Source: Halocafeteria seosinensis (Eukaryota). From it: 64,000 bases of DNA. Made by a program: the position numbers and the translations under genes. The notes under the pieces were generated by a model, which had not been told where the DNA came from, made no database searches, and saw nothing but the letters and a program-made list of their open reading frames with translations. Shown one piece after another: positions 49,881 to 63,927 of this stretch (its first letter is position 1; the number at the start of each line of letters is the position of its first letter). Location: contig LVLI01000148.1 in the NCBI GenBank assembly GCA_001687465.1, positions 1 to 64,000 on the forward strand, in the 5' to 3' direction.

Positions 49881-51917
49881 ATGGGAATGCAGGCGCTTCA
49901 ACTTGAAGACTACACACCCCTCGTGGAAATACCGAAGCTTGTAGAGGAGGCTCGTGCACTCTTCTCAACTGGGCGTACTAAGTCGTATGAATGGAGACGC
50001 AAACAACTGCTGGCCATGAAGCAGATGATTGATGAGAATGAAGAAGCCTTCATTGAAGCAGTGCACCAAGACCTGCGAAGACCTCGGTACGTACTGCAAC
50101 GCTGCTGACCCTGGTTCGACGATTTTTCATAGTCCTCCTGTTTTTCCCTTGCAGGGTGGAATGTATACTGGGGGAAACAGATTTTGTCCGTGGTGAAATC
50201 AAGGTAGCTCTGGAGAACCTTGAAGTATGGATGAAACCAGAAGAAGTAAGAGGGTTGAACGGTTTCCCGGGGAAGTGCACTTCAAACCAACACAATATGA
50301 ACTGGTTTCAGGTCGAGCTTCCGAAAGGACAGCAACCTGGAACAGCCAAGGTTATGAGGGAGCCTTTGGGCGTTGTAGCAGTGAGTACTATTTCAACATG
50401 ACTGCAGAGCTGATTAGCTTGACACCACCGTCGCTTCAAGCAAGCAGGTAATTGCTCCGTGGAATTTCCCAACAATGCTCGCCCTAGTTCCGATGGTGTC
50501 TGCATTTGCCGCTGGCGATGTTTGCGTCGTGAAACCTTCGGAGATGGCTCCCTACTCAGCGAAACTGATGCAAGACTTGGCTCCACACTATTTCGTAAGC
50601 AATTGTACTACTTCGCATCTACTTGCTCAATGATTGCGGTTCCACGATACAACGGAGCTGCAGGACAAAGGCTCGGCAAATTTTGTCCAAGGAGAGGTGA
50701 AAGAGACTACGGAGCTGCTGAAACAGCAATTTGATCACATTTTCTATACTGGTAAGCTGTGAGCTTCCACTTGGTTAAGATACATCAGTTGGAAACATTT
50801 GCATATCTTTCAGGCGGAGCAAGCGTCGGGAAAGTTGTGATGAAGTAAGATACCATGTTGCAGAAGTACACTCTGGCTGTTTTCATAGACTTTGTGCCTG
50901 TTGTGTTCCAGGGCTGCTGCGGAGCATCTTACACCAGTTACCTTGGAACTGGGTGGGAAGTGCCCAACCATTGTGGACTCCACTGCCACCTTGGATGTTA
51001 CTGCGCGACGAATCCTCGCTGTATGTTTGCGATACTTCAGCAAAAGCTTATTACTCATTGATGAAGTAATTCAATTGGAATGCAGGGACGAATGCTTAAC
51101 GGGGGCCAAACGTGTATTTCACCTGATTACGTGCTCGTTCACCGCGACGTGGAGTCGTCTTTGCTTGATGCTCTTAAGAAGACTCTGGTCGAATTCTATG
51201 GAGAAACGAACGAGGAAATGCAGAGCTCTCCTGACATTGCAAGGATTGTAAATGACAAACATTTTAGGCGTGTGAGGAATCTTCTCGAAGATCGGAAAAC
51301 ACGGAATGCAATTGTGTGGGGTGGAAACATCGATGAGAAGCAGCGGTACGTTCAACCGACGTTGATCTTGGAGCCCGACGATGACGCAAAAATTCAGCAG
51401 GTAAGGATATGAAATGATCCTAACCAAGTCACAGTACACGTGCACGAGAAGTACCGCCTTAACCGTCCAGGAGGAGACCTTCGCTCCGATCCTTGTTCTG
51501 CGTGGCTATGAGTCCATCGACGACGCGGTAAACATAATCAGGGAACAACCGAAACCGTTGGCGATGTATGTCTTTTCGGAGGACAAAGTAAGTAATTTCG
51601 CTGCAGACAGCTTCGTGGCATGCTTGTCACATATCTGAACCCAACCACAGCAAAACATCGATCACATCCTCAATGAAACCTCGGCGGGAGCTGTGAATGT
51701 TAACGAAAGCGCAATGCATACCTTCAACCCTCATCTTCCATTCGGCGGAGTTGGAAATTCGGGATTCGGCTCATACCATGGAAAATGGGGTTTTGAGGAA
51801 CTCAGTCACCGAAAGGCAGTTCTTAGTAAACCAACGTCGACGGACCCATCCGCCCGCTATCCACCTTTTTCGGATAGCAAAACTCAGGCCATGCACGAAG
51901 CAATTACCACTCACTAA
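49881..51917 (+). CDS. ALDH3: Aldehyde dehydrogenase, family 3 (fatty aldehyde dehydrogenase type), multi-exon
   Basis: [47 protein letters not shown] and [17 protein letters not shown]. Confidence 0.95.
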
Positions 51918-52555
51918 CTACAACTATCTGACCACTTGAAACATGGACAAACGAGCCGGATCCAAAGGAACGCTCATACATGGATAAATACACGGTTCGC
52001 CCCATGCATAATGTGTAAGCCCGAGCAGCCGCTATCATATGCGGCGGCATGCGTTCTCGCCCAGAACAAAATCCAGTATGCTTTCCGTGTCTCAGCAAGT
52101 CCAGATGTTGCTGCGGTGTCTTGTCGGTTTGGCCTTCTTAAACCGGGATTCGTGGTGGGTGTTCCAAGTTCTCGACATTCCACAATAAATCCAGCATTGC
52201 GTTGGACTTTTTTGCGTCCCTTGATAACTTCTATAGCACAAGCAGTCAGCACTGGTGACCCTATCCAGCACTCACAACGCGCGTCTGTTGTTGGTAACTC
52301 TTAGTCCTGTGACGTGACGGTTGGATGAAATCAACTTCGAGCAATCAGTGAAAAGAGACTGACCTTAAATTCTGCATACTTGAACACGAGTGAACGCTTT
52401 AGAAATATGTGCCACTACAGCTGATGGGATGGAGCCCATTACGGTTCCTCTTCTTGACACTTCCAAAGACAATGTGTATTCCCCTTTGGCACTACACATT
52501 GGATACACGCTGAGAGGGCGTTTTAAACGTCGACCAAGAATTATTCTAATGCGCT

Positions 52556-52938
52556 CTACTTCCCTAGTGTAACTTGGAGCACTTCCCGATACAAGCAGCA
52601 AAGCAGCACACTTTTGCGGTCGACAAATTGGAAGACAACGTTCCAACCATTCTTTTTTTCATCGTTGATACGCTGCTCTAGTTCATCCGTTGGGACCCAT
52701 GCCGTTCCTAAAAGGGCGGGAACGAATCCTTCCTGGCCTATCTCTATCACTTTGTATTCTGAGTACTGCACACACATGACAGCGATATCGAAGGTCAACA
52801 AAGTGGGGAACTACAGGGGCACAAAAAAACCTGTTCTGCGTCGCTCGGCTTGGATATACTTACGTTTGGGCCTCCGGCTCCCGCAGCCTTAGCTTGCGAG
52901 GTATTGAGGAGATTCTCCTGTTCCTGCGTCGATGACAT
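52556..52938 (-). CDS. DUF4177-like small protein, copy 1 (94 aa)
   Basis: Exon 52938-52864 MSSTQEQENLL...GGPN, intron 52863-52766, exon YSEYKVIEIGQEG...DELEQRINDEKKNGWNVVFQF...LLCCLYREVLQVTLGK*. Confidence 0.8.
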
Positions 52939-53366
52939 TTTCGTCTGCAATAGTTCCTGAATTAGCGATTAAAGGACTCTTCTCTCTCTTGTCCAGCAAG
53001 TGCCCACGACCCAGATTCTTGAAGCTTTCTAGAACCAAGAAAAGCCGTCAGCGATGGTCGCAAGTGGGCGACCTTGAAGACTTGTTGAAGTTCTCTGGAA
53101 TCCTTCAGGATTCCTCCTGGGTCCCAGGTCCTAGGACCTTCGTCCATCGTAAATAAGCAATACCGTGCGCAGTCTACATGTCAACTTGGTGTGCATTTCT
53201 TTTGCGCACAACTCCGTATGAAATTGGAGGGTTATTTGTCCAGTTGGCGCGCGCCGCACGACGTACACGACGTAGCACTTTGGTTGAACGGTTGTTTGGT
53301 AGAAGAAGTTATACTATACATCGGGCTATATTGATCAATGCAACTGGATCGTATTGTACATCCACT

Positions 53367-53824
53367 TCATCTTCCTAATGTCACGTGAACGACTTTCCTT
53401 GGAAAGCAGCATAGAAACATGAACTTCCACACGGGTGACTCAGCAATGACGTGCCATCCAAGACTTGCTTCATGATTGAGACGCTCCTCAAGTTTGTCCG
53501 CCCAAACGCCGTCCACTTCGATCACTTTGGCCTCCGTGAACTGTATTGAGACAAGCAGACAGCAGTGAGAGCCAGGGAGACAGTCTTCCAAAAATGCGAC
53601 CAACTACAGTGTTCTTCACAGCCACTTCATTCATCGTCTACACCATTACGATGCACTCATAGTGGTCTGAGTCCACTTACGCGTTTATTTCCAGGCCCTG
53701 GAGAAAATGCTGCGAGACCATGGCCACCTGACGGTGCTGCAGTCGCCGACGCCGTTGGCTGCGCCTCGGCACCACTATCAAGGAGGCTTGCGGTTAGCTG
53801 ATTCTCCTGTTTGGTCGATGCCAT
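53367..53824 (-). CDS. DUF4177-like small protein, copy 2 (105 aa)
   Basis: Exon 53824-53681 MASTKQENQLTASLL...NKR, intron 53680-53541, exon FTEAKVIEV...DKLEERLNHEASLGWHVI...FLCCFPRKVVHVTLGR*. Confidence 0.78.
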
Positions 53825-54227
53825 TTCCTCTATTTCCTTCTTCGGAGCGCAATGGGAGTATTTGACATCCCCCTTGCTATCCAATTCCTGCTACTCGATT
53901 GCAACTACATGTCGGACGGAAAACTGAGTGGGAGAACAAATCTGACCTGGAGGAACCGCTTCCACTCTCACAGGGGGTATACGACACCACCAGTAAAGAA
54001 TCTTGCTTCTTCGCCGATATTCCTACAAGCGTTCCGCAAGACAGTAGGGGCACAAAAGGTGGGTGTATGAGCAAGGACATAGGTCGGTTGAGTCGCTTGC
54101 TAGCCGTTGGATTGCGGGCGTTTACACTAGAGATACAACAAGCAGGGTGTATTTATGGGTAGAAGAAATGATACAGCCAGAGCGTCCGTGTATTGCTCCC
54201 CTATCTGTCAGTCCCGAGACTCCAGAC

Positions 54228-54561
54228 TTACTTTCCTAAGGTCACTACGCACACTTCTCGATACCACATACAGCACGGGATGATCGCTCGGCGGTCGACG
54301 AACTGAAAGACGACTTCCCATCCTTGCTTTAGTTCCTCACCAAGTTTGCTCTCCAGTTGGTCGGTAGGGACGCTTGCTGTTCCCAGCAGGGGTGGCACAA
54401 AGCCCTCCGTGGCAACCTCGACCACTTTGTATTCGGAGTACTGCACGAACAACACTTGGTAAAACCAGCAGGGGCACTTTGGGGGGACAAAAACCAAACA
54501 CCTGGACAAACAATTTGTTCCACTGGTTCGTTCTTCGTCTTTAATATGCACTTACTCCCAT
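54228..54561 (-). CDS. DUF4177-like small protein, copy 3 (72 aa)
   Basis: Six-nt coding exon ATG GGA (54561-54556), intron 54555-54441, exon YSEYKVVEVATEG...DQLESKLGEELKQGWEVVFQF...IPCCMWYREVCVVTLGK*. Confidence 0.8.
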
Positions 54562-55416
54562 TTTTGTAAATGTGCTTTCGCCGAAAAAGTCTCAAACTAA
54601 AGCCACTTTGTATAGTCTTCCGATGCTTTTTCTTGTGAACTTCTCTTACACAATCCAAGGGTACTATCCGACTGGGATGATAGCGAGCCGGAGTTCGTTC
54701 GCAACCCAGCTACGACACACACCCGTGCGCTCCGGAGTCTGGACTGGGAATGGAAGCGAACCACGGTGACAACAATTGACACGTCGTGAGATTGTGGCAA
54801 TCACCGCATTCTATCTAGCATGGTTTCATGTAAGAGTTGATGCATGAGTCATGCGTAACAACCCTCGTGCGTGTCGTGGTTGAAGACGACCCAATCAACA
54901 CAAAATCTCGCAGAATCCTTCATGCATGGCACTTATTCCTACCTTTTGGCGCCTCTCACTCCTTCCGCAATGCCGAACACGGGTGTGACCGTCGATCGTA
55001 GCCTTTTTATACGAATTCAGTAACACTTGTACCACTGAGTTACAACACTTACCACCACGGTTGTATCACATACATGTACCAACTTGTTCAGCTTGGTTCT
55101 TTCACTGCTTGGGTGTCCTTTGCCAATGAGGCCAATCTTGGTGGTCGAACCGTTAAAATCTTTCTTAATTCTACAATGTTTGTCTCAGCTTCAGCATGGG
55201 CTTTGAAAGTCTTGGAGCGAAGTGGCCGTGGCCGCCGTGTAGCAACGTTTGAAGTTCCGTTAGGCGAGGTAGTTTTGGCGCGTCCAGTCGCAACGACTTT
55301 CCGAAGTCAAGGTAATTCTACAGTATGCACTTCGAATTAGTTTGTTCGCTTGTTAGTAAAAACGGGATTTAGAGGTTCATTACTTGACTTTGGCTCTCCG
55401 CTGTCGCACTTCTACA

Positions 55417-58400
55417 ATGCCCACCGAAAACTTGCTGAAAACCAGCTTGAGGGGAACTCAAGCTGGCGAACTCGGTCGCATGGCGCGCCATCCAGGGGAA
55501 GACCCTCCAACACGTGAGACCGAACTCTCAAGGGACAGAGATACACCAGTACTGCCTCCACCGAATATTCCTCAGGTACTGCGAACTGGTTGCAAGTACG
55601 TACATGCTTTAGAAAAGGAGGTATCTTGAGATGTTCCCGGGTTTCAACTTGACCTTTTTACCGGTAACCTCACGTTTGTTTTTATTATTTTCTTGCAGTC
55701 CTACTACACGTCGCCCCAAAGGACAGAATTTTCGGGTGGAACAAGGGGTGCCTGTAGAACGACCACCTGCCGTAGTGGCCCAGGGATCTGAAGAGAGCGC
55801 CCTTCAAAATGTAAGCTGACCCGCAAGCGGAAGTCCCGCCCACGAGACCGTAGCTAATTAGTAATTGGATATTGTCTTTGAGACGAGCAGTTGACTGACA
55901 TTCACACAAGTGTGGACAAAATTCAGAAGGAAGCTAGCGCCAAGTTTGAGCCGCCCAAAGAAGGAGCATGGGAATCGCTGCCGGCTCACGTTCGAAATGC
56001 TGGACTCACCTTGACATTTTACGCGTATTTTCGAGAAACAGTTCCAGAGAGCCCTCTGGAAAAGAGCCGGATTCGTCCAATTAACTTTATCTACAAAATG
56101 GAAGATGGGACAATATCACTGTTTGAACCTCATCAAGGCAATTCTGGGATGCCTCAAGGAAAGTATTTATACAAGCACAAGGTATGAAAGAAGTATGATC
56201 GGGTTGGTCCCACTTGAGCCTTCATGACAACTTTGGGAATCGTATGCAGATCCCGAAATCCAAGGAATTCCAGGACGGTGATCTTAAGGCCTCGAATCCG
56301 AATGCAGCCCTCCAGCTTTCCAGGAAGAGTTCTCGCTTAGATTGGACAGATTTTCGGATCGGCGAAGACATTAAAATTTACGGGAAGACTTACCACATTT
56401 ACGGTTGTGACACCGCTACAAGGAGATTCTTCGAGAGGACGAGTGAAGCTCCAGAACAGCCTCCGGATGAAGACCCTCCGGGAGATAAATATACAGCGGA
56501 AAGGACGCAGTTTATGGTAAGGACGAGTCTGATACTGTTCTAGGGAGTCTATCTGCTAATTCCGGCCTTTGTTTCTCCAGTTGCGAGAAAGTGGTATGGA
56601 TAGCTCAACGTACCGTGGGAAACGGACGTCCCCTGTCAAGCGTTACATGGAAGCCCAGCGGGGAAACCCGAGCGCGACTCAAACTAGAGGAACGGCGTAT
56701 GTTGGTCATCGTGTCTCAGTACAAAAATTCTAAGTGTTGGAATTTGAGTTGGTTTATTCGCCGCAGAGACAAATACCAGCAGTTCCTTGATCACGATCGG
56801 GACGTCCTGAGATTCTCCGGCTACTGGGACGATAGGGACAGAGTCTACGGGGACCAGCATCTGTATACGTAAGTACAGTATGCTTCGAACTACTGGTGAC
56901 TGGCTTGACTTTGTTTTTTGTCAGGATATCCTACTACCTAATGGATGACGAAATAGAAGTTTTGGAAGTTCATGAACCCAACGACGGGAAAGACAGGTTC
57001 CCAGCGCTGTACAGAAAAGGACCACTTCCAAAGAAAACGATGGTTGTTGATTCTCGTGCGCGAGACATAGAAGACGACTGCGGTGAAGATGACTATTACC
57101 AGTAAGCACTCAATTTGTTGTGCGTCTGGAGTCTTCACTTGCTTACACCGGCGGTCTGTGTTGCTGTTTCAGTTGGACTGATCTTCAAGTCGGTAAAACG
57201 GTCAACATTCTTGGGAGAAACATACTCTTGTTTGACGCAGATAAGTTTACTGTCAACTGGTAAGAGGTTGTTTGTTGCGACAGTTCACGAGTCGTTCCGA
57301 TGTTCACTTAGGCAAATAATTTGGGCAGGTACAAGGAGCAATTGGGCATTGACATGACAGAAGAAATTAACAAATTGAAAGGCAAAGTAATGGACGAAAT
57401 CTATCCGAAGGAAGAGACGCCAGTGATTCAACCGCCTCCGTACGAAAATTTCGGTTTCGGAACAGAGGAGGATTCTTTGGGCAGTTTCTTTTCCCTCATT
57501 CCGAAGGCAAGTGGATTTTAGAGCCGGGAGATAAATGGCAGTTTATGAAGACCTTTTCCTCCTTATTGTTGGCACAGGTTCCTCGAAGAGATGTTGTCAA
57601 GTTAACCAAGGGGGAGGGCCAGATTCTTCGGTATTATGCTGTCTTGGATTCAGATGACCCTATTAGCAAACTGAGACGCTTCATTGTTGCTTACTATCCG
57701 GCCACGTCTGAGCTCGCTGTTTTTGAGAAACCACTCCGCAACAGTGGCATGGATAGTGGAAAATTCCTCTCGAAGAGAAAGCTAAGAAATCCGAATACAG
57801 GGGACTTCTTCCGTCTGGAGGATTTCTATATCGGTGCCAAGTTGGATATAACCTCTCACCGGTATGTTCTAAACTATAGCATCACGCTGTTAGCATCATG
57901 TCTCCCCAACTGTGCTGCCCACAGATTTCACCTGTACGATGCCGATTCATTGACCAAACGCTTAGCGAAGGATGCTGATGGCAGAAACGGAATTGGGATG
58001 GGCTCACTCGAACTTGCTTTGCAGAGCACGCGGGAGCAACTGCAGCAGCAACGCATAACAAGGACAGCCGCAGAACGCAGATTGCGTCCTCATCGAAAGA
58101 AAATGCTGAGTTATCCCGGTACGTAAATTGTTGCCGACCTAAGGTGACATTTGCCAAGATTTATTGAAAGATTTCTTCGCAGAATTTGAAACGCTGATGA
58201 GGGACTGGAAAATTGAGCTCTCCGGAGAAGATATGACGACTCTGTTCAGGGCATACGATCATGCAGGCACCGGTAAGCTTTCTACAGATGATTTCTTGGA
58301 TGCTCTATTGCCTCAACGCCAATTGACAAAAGAGAAGAATGGTAAGTGTCAAAGGTAAAAGCACTGTGCTGTTGTATGCAAAATTATGTAATAATCCTGT

Positions 58401-58816
58401 TTCCAATGCTCAGGCAAGAAGTATCCCTGCTCTATCAATACTTATGAGGAACTACTGAATGATCATGTCGTCTCGAACCCGGTTCTCTCACGATTGGAGA
58501 AACTTCACGATGAAATGACCAACGATATGATAAGGCGTATCGAGAAGTGTTTCAAGGAATCCAACGTAAGTGGAGCTTGTATTGAGCAACAAACAGAGAA
58601 TGAGTTTGAAAATCAATAGTTGTTCTTATGGCGTTTCGACCTCAGACGGAGCTAATTTCACGAAAGCAATTTCGCCAGGGTTTGCGTAAAGCTGTTAATT
58701 ACGACGACGTGGAAGTTGATGCTCTAGAAGATGGATACATGCCTCCAGGAATAGACTGCGTGCCTCCGGAGTTTTTCTTGGATGTGATCCAAACTCGTTG
58801 TCCGAACTTGTACTAG
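55417..58816 (+). CDS. EFHC1/EFHC2/RIB72 family axonemal protein (three DM10 domains plus EF-hand)
   Basis: DM10 motifs LTFYAYFRE...EDGTISLFEP...NSGMPQG, VLRFSGYWD...YYLMDDEIEVLE and ILRYYA...RRFIVAYY...RNSG; EF-hand-like YDHAGTGKLSTDDF. Confidence 0.93.
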
Positions 58817-58826
58817 ACTTTTGGGT

Positions 58827-60895
58827 TCAAAGAGCGGACGCAGGCCGAGCGGTGCCTTGCCTGCTTTTAGAACGACTCTGCAACCTCTTTTTCGTCATCT
58901 TTTGAACCTCTTGCATTGAGAGGGGCCTTGAATCGTTGGCGTCCGTCTGGCGAAAGAGAAAACATAACTCTCCTCAAAATATACATAGGTGTTGTGCCAA
59001 TCGAGCATCTTAACTTACGTTGTCAAATTCGCGAAGGTCCGGAGTTTGGATTTCAAGATTGGAGAGGATCCCCTTCTTCGCTGCTATAGTTCCTCGAGAT
59101 GTGTACTCTGATTGTGGTCTTCTAGTGTAGTAGAATTTAGATGGACTATCATGCTTGCTATCTTCGTCAAGATACTTCTTGCTCAGTCGATGACCTTTAT
59201 GTTCAATAGTTCGAAGATGCTGGAGGGCATTAAGTTCGCTCACTGAAGGTTCATTCGACATTGAGTCTGGTTCCCCTGAGGGAGCTCCCAGTTTCTGACT
59301 GACTTGGCCAATGAGCGAACAGATTTCGTCGACCTGTTATACACAGAGGGAGGAAGTGCAAACGAGTCGAGGGTCATAGAAAAGCTCAAGCGCTCCGTGT
59401 ACATACCCTCTCTTTCATCTCAGAGTATTGAACTTCGCAGCTGTTGGCTGCACGTTGTAGCATTTTCTTTCTCTCCTCTAAAGGTTTCAGATTCTCCCTT
59501 TCTTTCTCAGCGATGAACCTTCCTTCAGCTCTTTGTTCCACTGTAGAGTTTCGCAACTCTTCCAATTGTGACTCAAGATTCTCAATTTCCGCATTCTGTC
59601 AGCAAGCACGTTGTCTTCGTTAAATAACTTGATTCGGATATTCATGTGGCGCAAAAAATGCTTCCTCACCTGCTCAGCCACGTAGCGGAATAAATTATAG
59701 TTTTCTGACTCCGCTTCCTGAAATTGTTCGATCACAGACGCAATATCATCTACACTGCATGCGTCCTGCGCTTTGAAACACACAAAAGAAAGCATTTGCC
59801 TCTCTGATAGGTATAGCAGATCGGCAGAGTGCGGACATTACCTTGATTTTTCGGAACGCCTCTTCATACTCCTTTGAAGTCTTCGACAGCTCAGATATTG
59901 TCTGCTTGATATCAGAGATCTTATTTTCTGATTCTTGTAGTCGCTCTTCCCATTGTCTGTCCTCGTCGAGTACATTCTGAACGTCACCAGCCATTTGTCG
60001 ACTTAGTTCTTTGGCTGAGTCCTTATTGGACACTTCCCGCTCTTTCTCTTCAATGTACTTCTTTTTTCTTTCCTCATCTCGCTGATCAGCTTCCGTACAC
60101 GACTGCAACTGAAGAATGGCTTGATCCCGAATTTCGTAAGCCTCATTGCTTCGTTCAATAGCTTCAGCCATTCTCTTCTTCTTGTCATTGAGTTGATCTT
60201 CGAGCTTTCTGCGGAAAATAAAGGGGTAGCCTCATTGTCGCAATTTTGGGTATCTGCGTAAGGCATGAGACTCACTGATAGGTTCGTTCGAATATTATCC
60301 GTTCCTGTCGAAGGTCATCAATCTCTTTTCTAAGACTGTTGTTCTTAGATAGTGTAGTATTGAACTTAACCAAAGCTTTGTTGAGACGGTTCTCCAGAAT
60401 CCGGATTCGCTTATTTAACGTGCGGTAGTTGTTCACAGCCCCGTGAGCTCCTCCAGTCTGCTTCTCTAATTCCTTAATCTCTTTTTCAATGTTGCTAATG
60501 CTTTCCTTGGTTTCTTCGGCTTTGCTTTCTTCCTCCTTAATCCTATCTTCATAGTCATGGAGCTGTTCAACGAGTTTGGATTTTTGGTTCTTGGTACTGA
60601 ACTTCTTAGAGAGTTTGTTTTCCAGTTTCAATTCAGCATTCAGTTCCTTATTTTCAGCTTTTAATCTTCCCAGGGTTTCATTCTGCCTCTTGATGATGGA
60701 CTCATTTTCTTTCGTATAGGCGCGTCTCATCGCCTCCGTATTCTTGTATTCCTTCTCTAACTGCTCTGTACTCGTCGGAGGGCTCTCATTTCCTACAGAG
60801 TCGTGCGTCGCCGCGGAACCAGGGCGTCGCCGGGTGCGCTCAGAGGGTGTCGGTCCACTCCCAGAAGAGGGACGGCTAGGAGGACGAGTGAACAT
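58827..60895 (-). CDS. Outer dynein arm docking complex subunit (ODA1/DC2, CCDC114/CCDC63 family)
   Basis: IRILENRLNKALVKFN...NNSLRKEIDDLRQER, SNEAYEIRDQA, ENYNLFRYV and C-terminal RPLSMQEV; stop at 58827-58829. Confidence 0.88.
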
Positions 60896-61317
60896 CAGGG
60901 ATCCGTGGAAGAAAGCTGTATACTGCCTAATCTACGCTGGTATATGCTAAAGCTGCGACTTGATGCCGTCGCAACGCGCTGTTTGCTCTGTCATACAACA
61001 GTCCCCACCTATTGCATGACCGATATTTCCAACAAATACATTCTGCATCTACCAATGAAACAATTCTGCGCATCAACATCATCCTGTACAGATCGCTGGA
61101 GTTGCATTCTCAGCCGTGAGTCGCGGGCTCACACTGAACTTCCCGTGTTAACGGCTGCAGCTTCAACGTACCGTACTGGCCAACGGAGACACAATACGAC
61201 CAGCCCTCTAATTGGGAAGGCTGAAACAGACAAAGTACGGATACATTCGAAACCGAGACACTTCAGTGTCACTATTTGTAATGGAAGTGCGGGAAGCTTC
61301 GAAGAAGCATCCCACCC

Positions 61318-61382
61318 AGTGAAACACACACACACACACAAATGTGACAGATAGCCCACCGGCCGGGAAGTTAGTGAAACAC
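61318..61382 (-). mobile_element. 45-nt 5'-truncated retroposon insertion with 10-bp TSD
   Basis: agtgaaacac [acacacacacacaaatgtgacagatagcccaccggccgggaagtt] agtgaaacac. Confidence 0.8.
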
Positions 61383-61882
61383 TGGGATTCATATACATAT
61401 ACAATTTATATATATATGGGTATGGTACGGATAGAGGCTCGTCTTACCCCTCTACATTTTACCCATTTCTATTTCAAATTCCTGCTCGGTGTATGCAGAG
61501 CCAACGAAAATGGGTTCTGAAAACTATCGAAACTTTGAACAACGGGACCAACACAGTATGTGCTCGCAAGTTGCGACGTGTTCCCATCAATCATCTGTTT
61601 CTCCCTACCTTTTCCTACGAACCAACACATCCAGCAGGAGCCAGTTAGTCGACCGCTGACCAAGATTACTACTACGCAAGTATTGTACGGTTTATTGTAT
61701 AGTGCATACAGTTGTACAATGTACCAGTCCCACTGGAATGTCCCAGCTTCAACTTCAACATAGCATGTGACACTCGCGCTATTGTAGAGACCACCATGTT
61801 TAATTGATTCATACTCGAGTGGAAGGATTGAACTGTGATAGCGCATTGTTATTGACCGAATTGATCAGAAAGAGAGGGAGCC

Positions 61883-63605
<1,723 letters not shown>

Positions 63606-63663
63606 TGATGCAAAATGGCTGATGAGCCAAATGTCAAGCAATTGTTACTATTTCTATAACATC

Positions 63664-63927
63664 TCAAAGGTCGTCAGCATTGAGAGTACTGACCACATCT
63701 TCTTTTTGTAAACTTTCCTTCCCAACTTTTCCCCCTTTGCGTTTCTTCCTTTTCTTCTTTTGAGACTTTTGCTTTTGCGGGGTATCTTCATCTGGAGCCA
63801 AAAGCTGCTCTTCAGTTTCTTCATCGTAGGTGGTGTCGGCTGCGCGCTTATTGCCCGCCAGGGAGGTTGTCGCAGGCTGTTCTGCTTCCGAGCCGTGTGA
63901 GAGCCGCAAACGCGATTCTCGCAATTT
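63664..63927 (-). CDS. Probable terminal exon of a gene extending beyond the window (Lys-rich, NLS-like)
   Basis: Open frame ...QKKKRKKRKGGK...LNADDL* preceded by an AG acceptor, convergent with RIO2. Confidence 0.5.
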   Translation of the reverse strand, partial: KLRESRLRLSHGSEAEQPATTSLAGNKRAADTTYDEETEEQLLAPDEDTPQKQKSQKKKRKKRKGGKVGKESLQKEDVVSTLNADDL

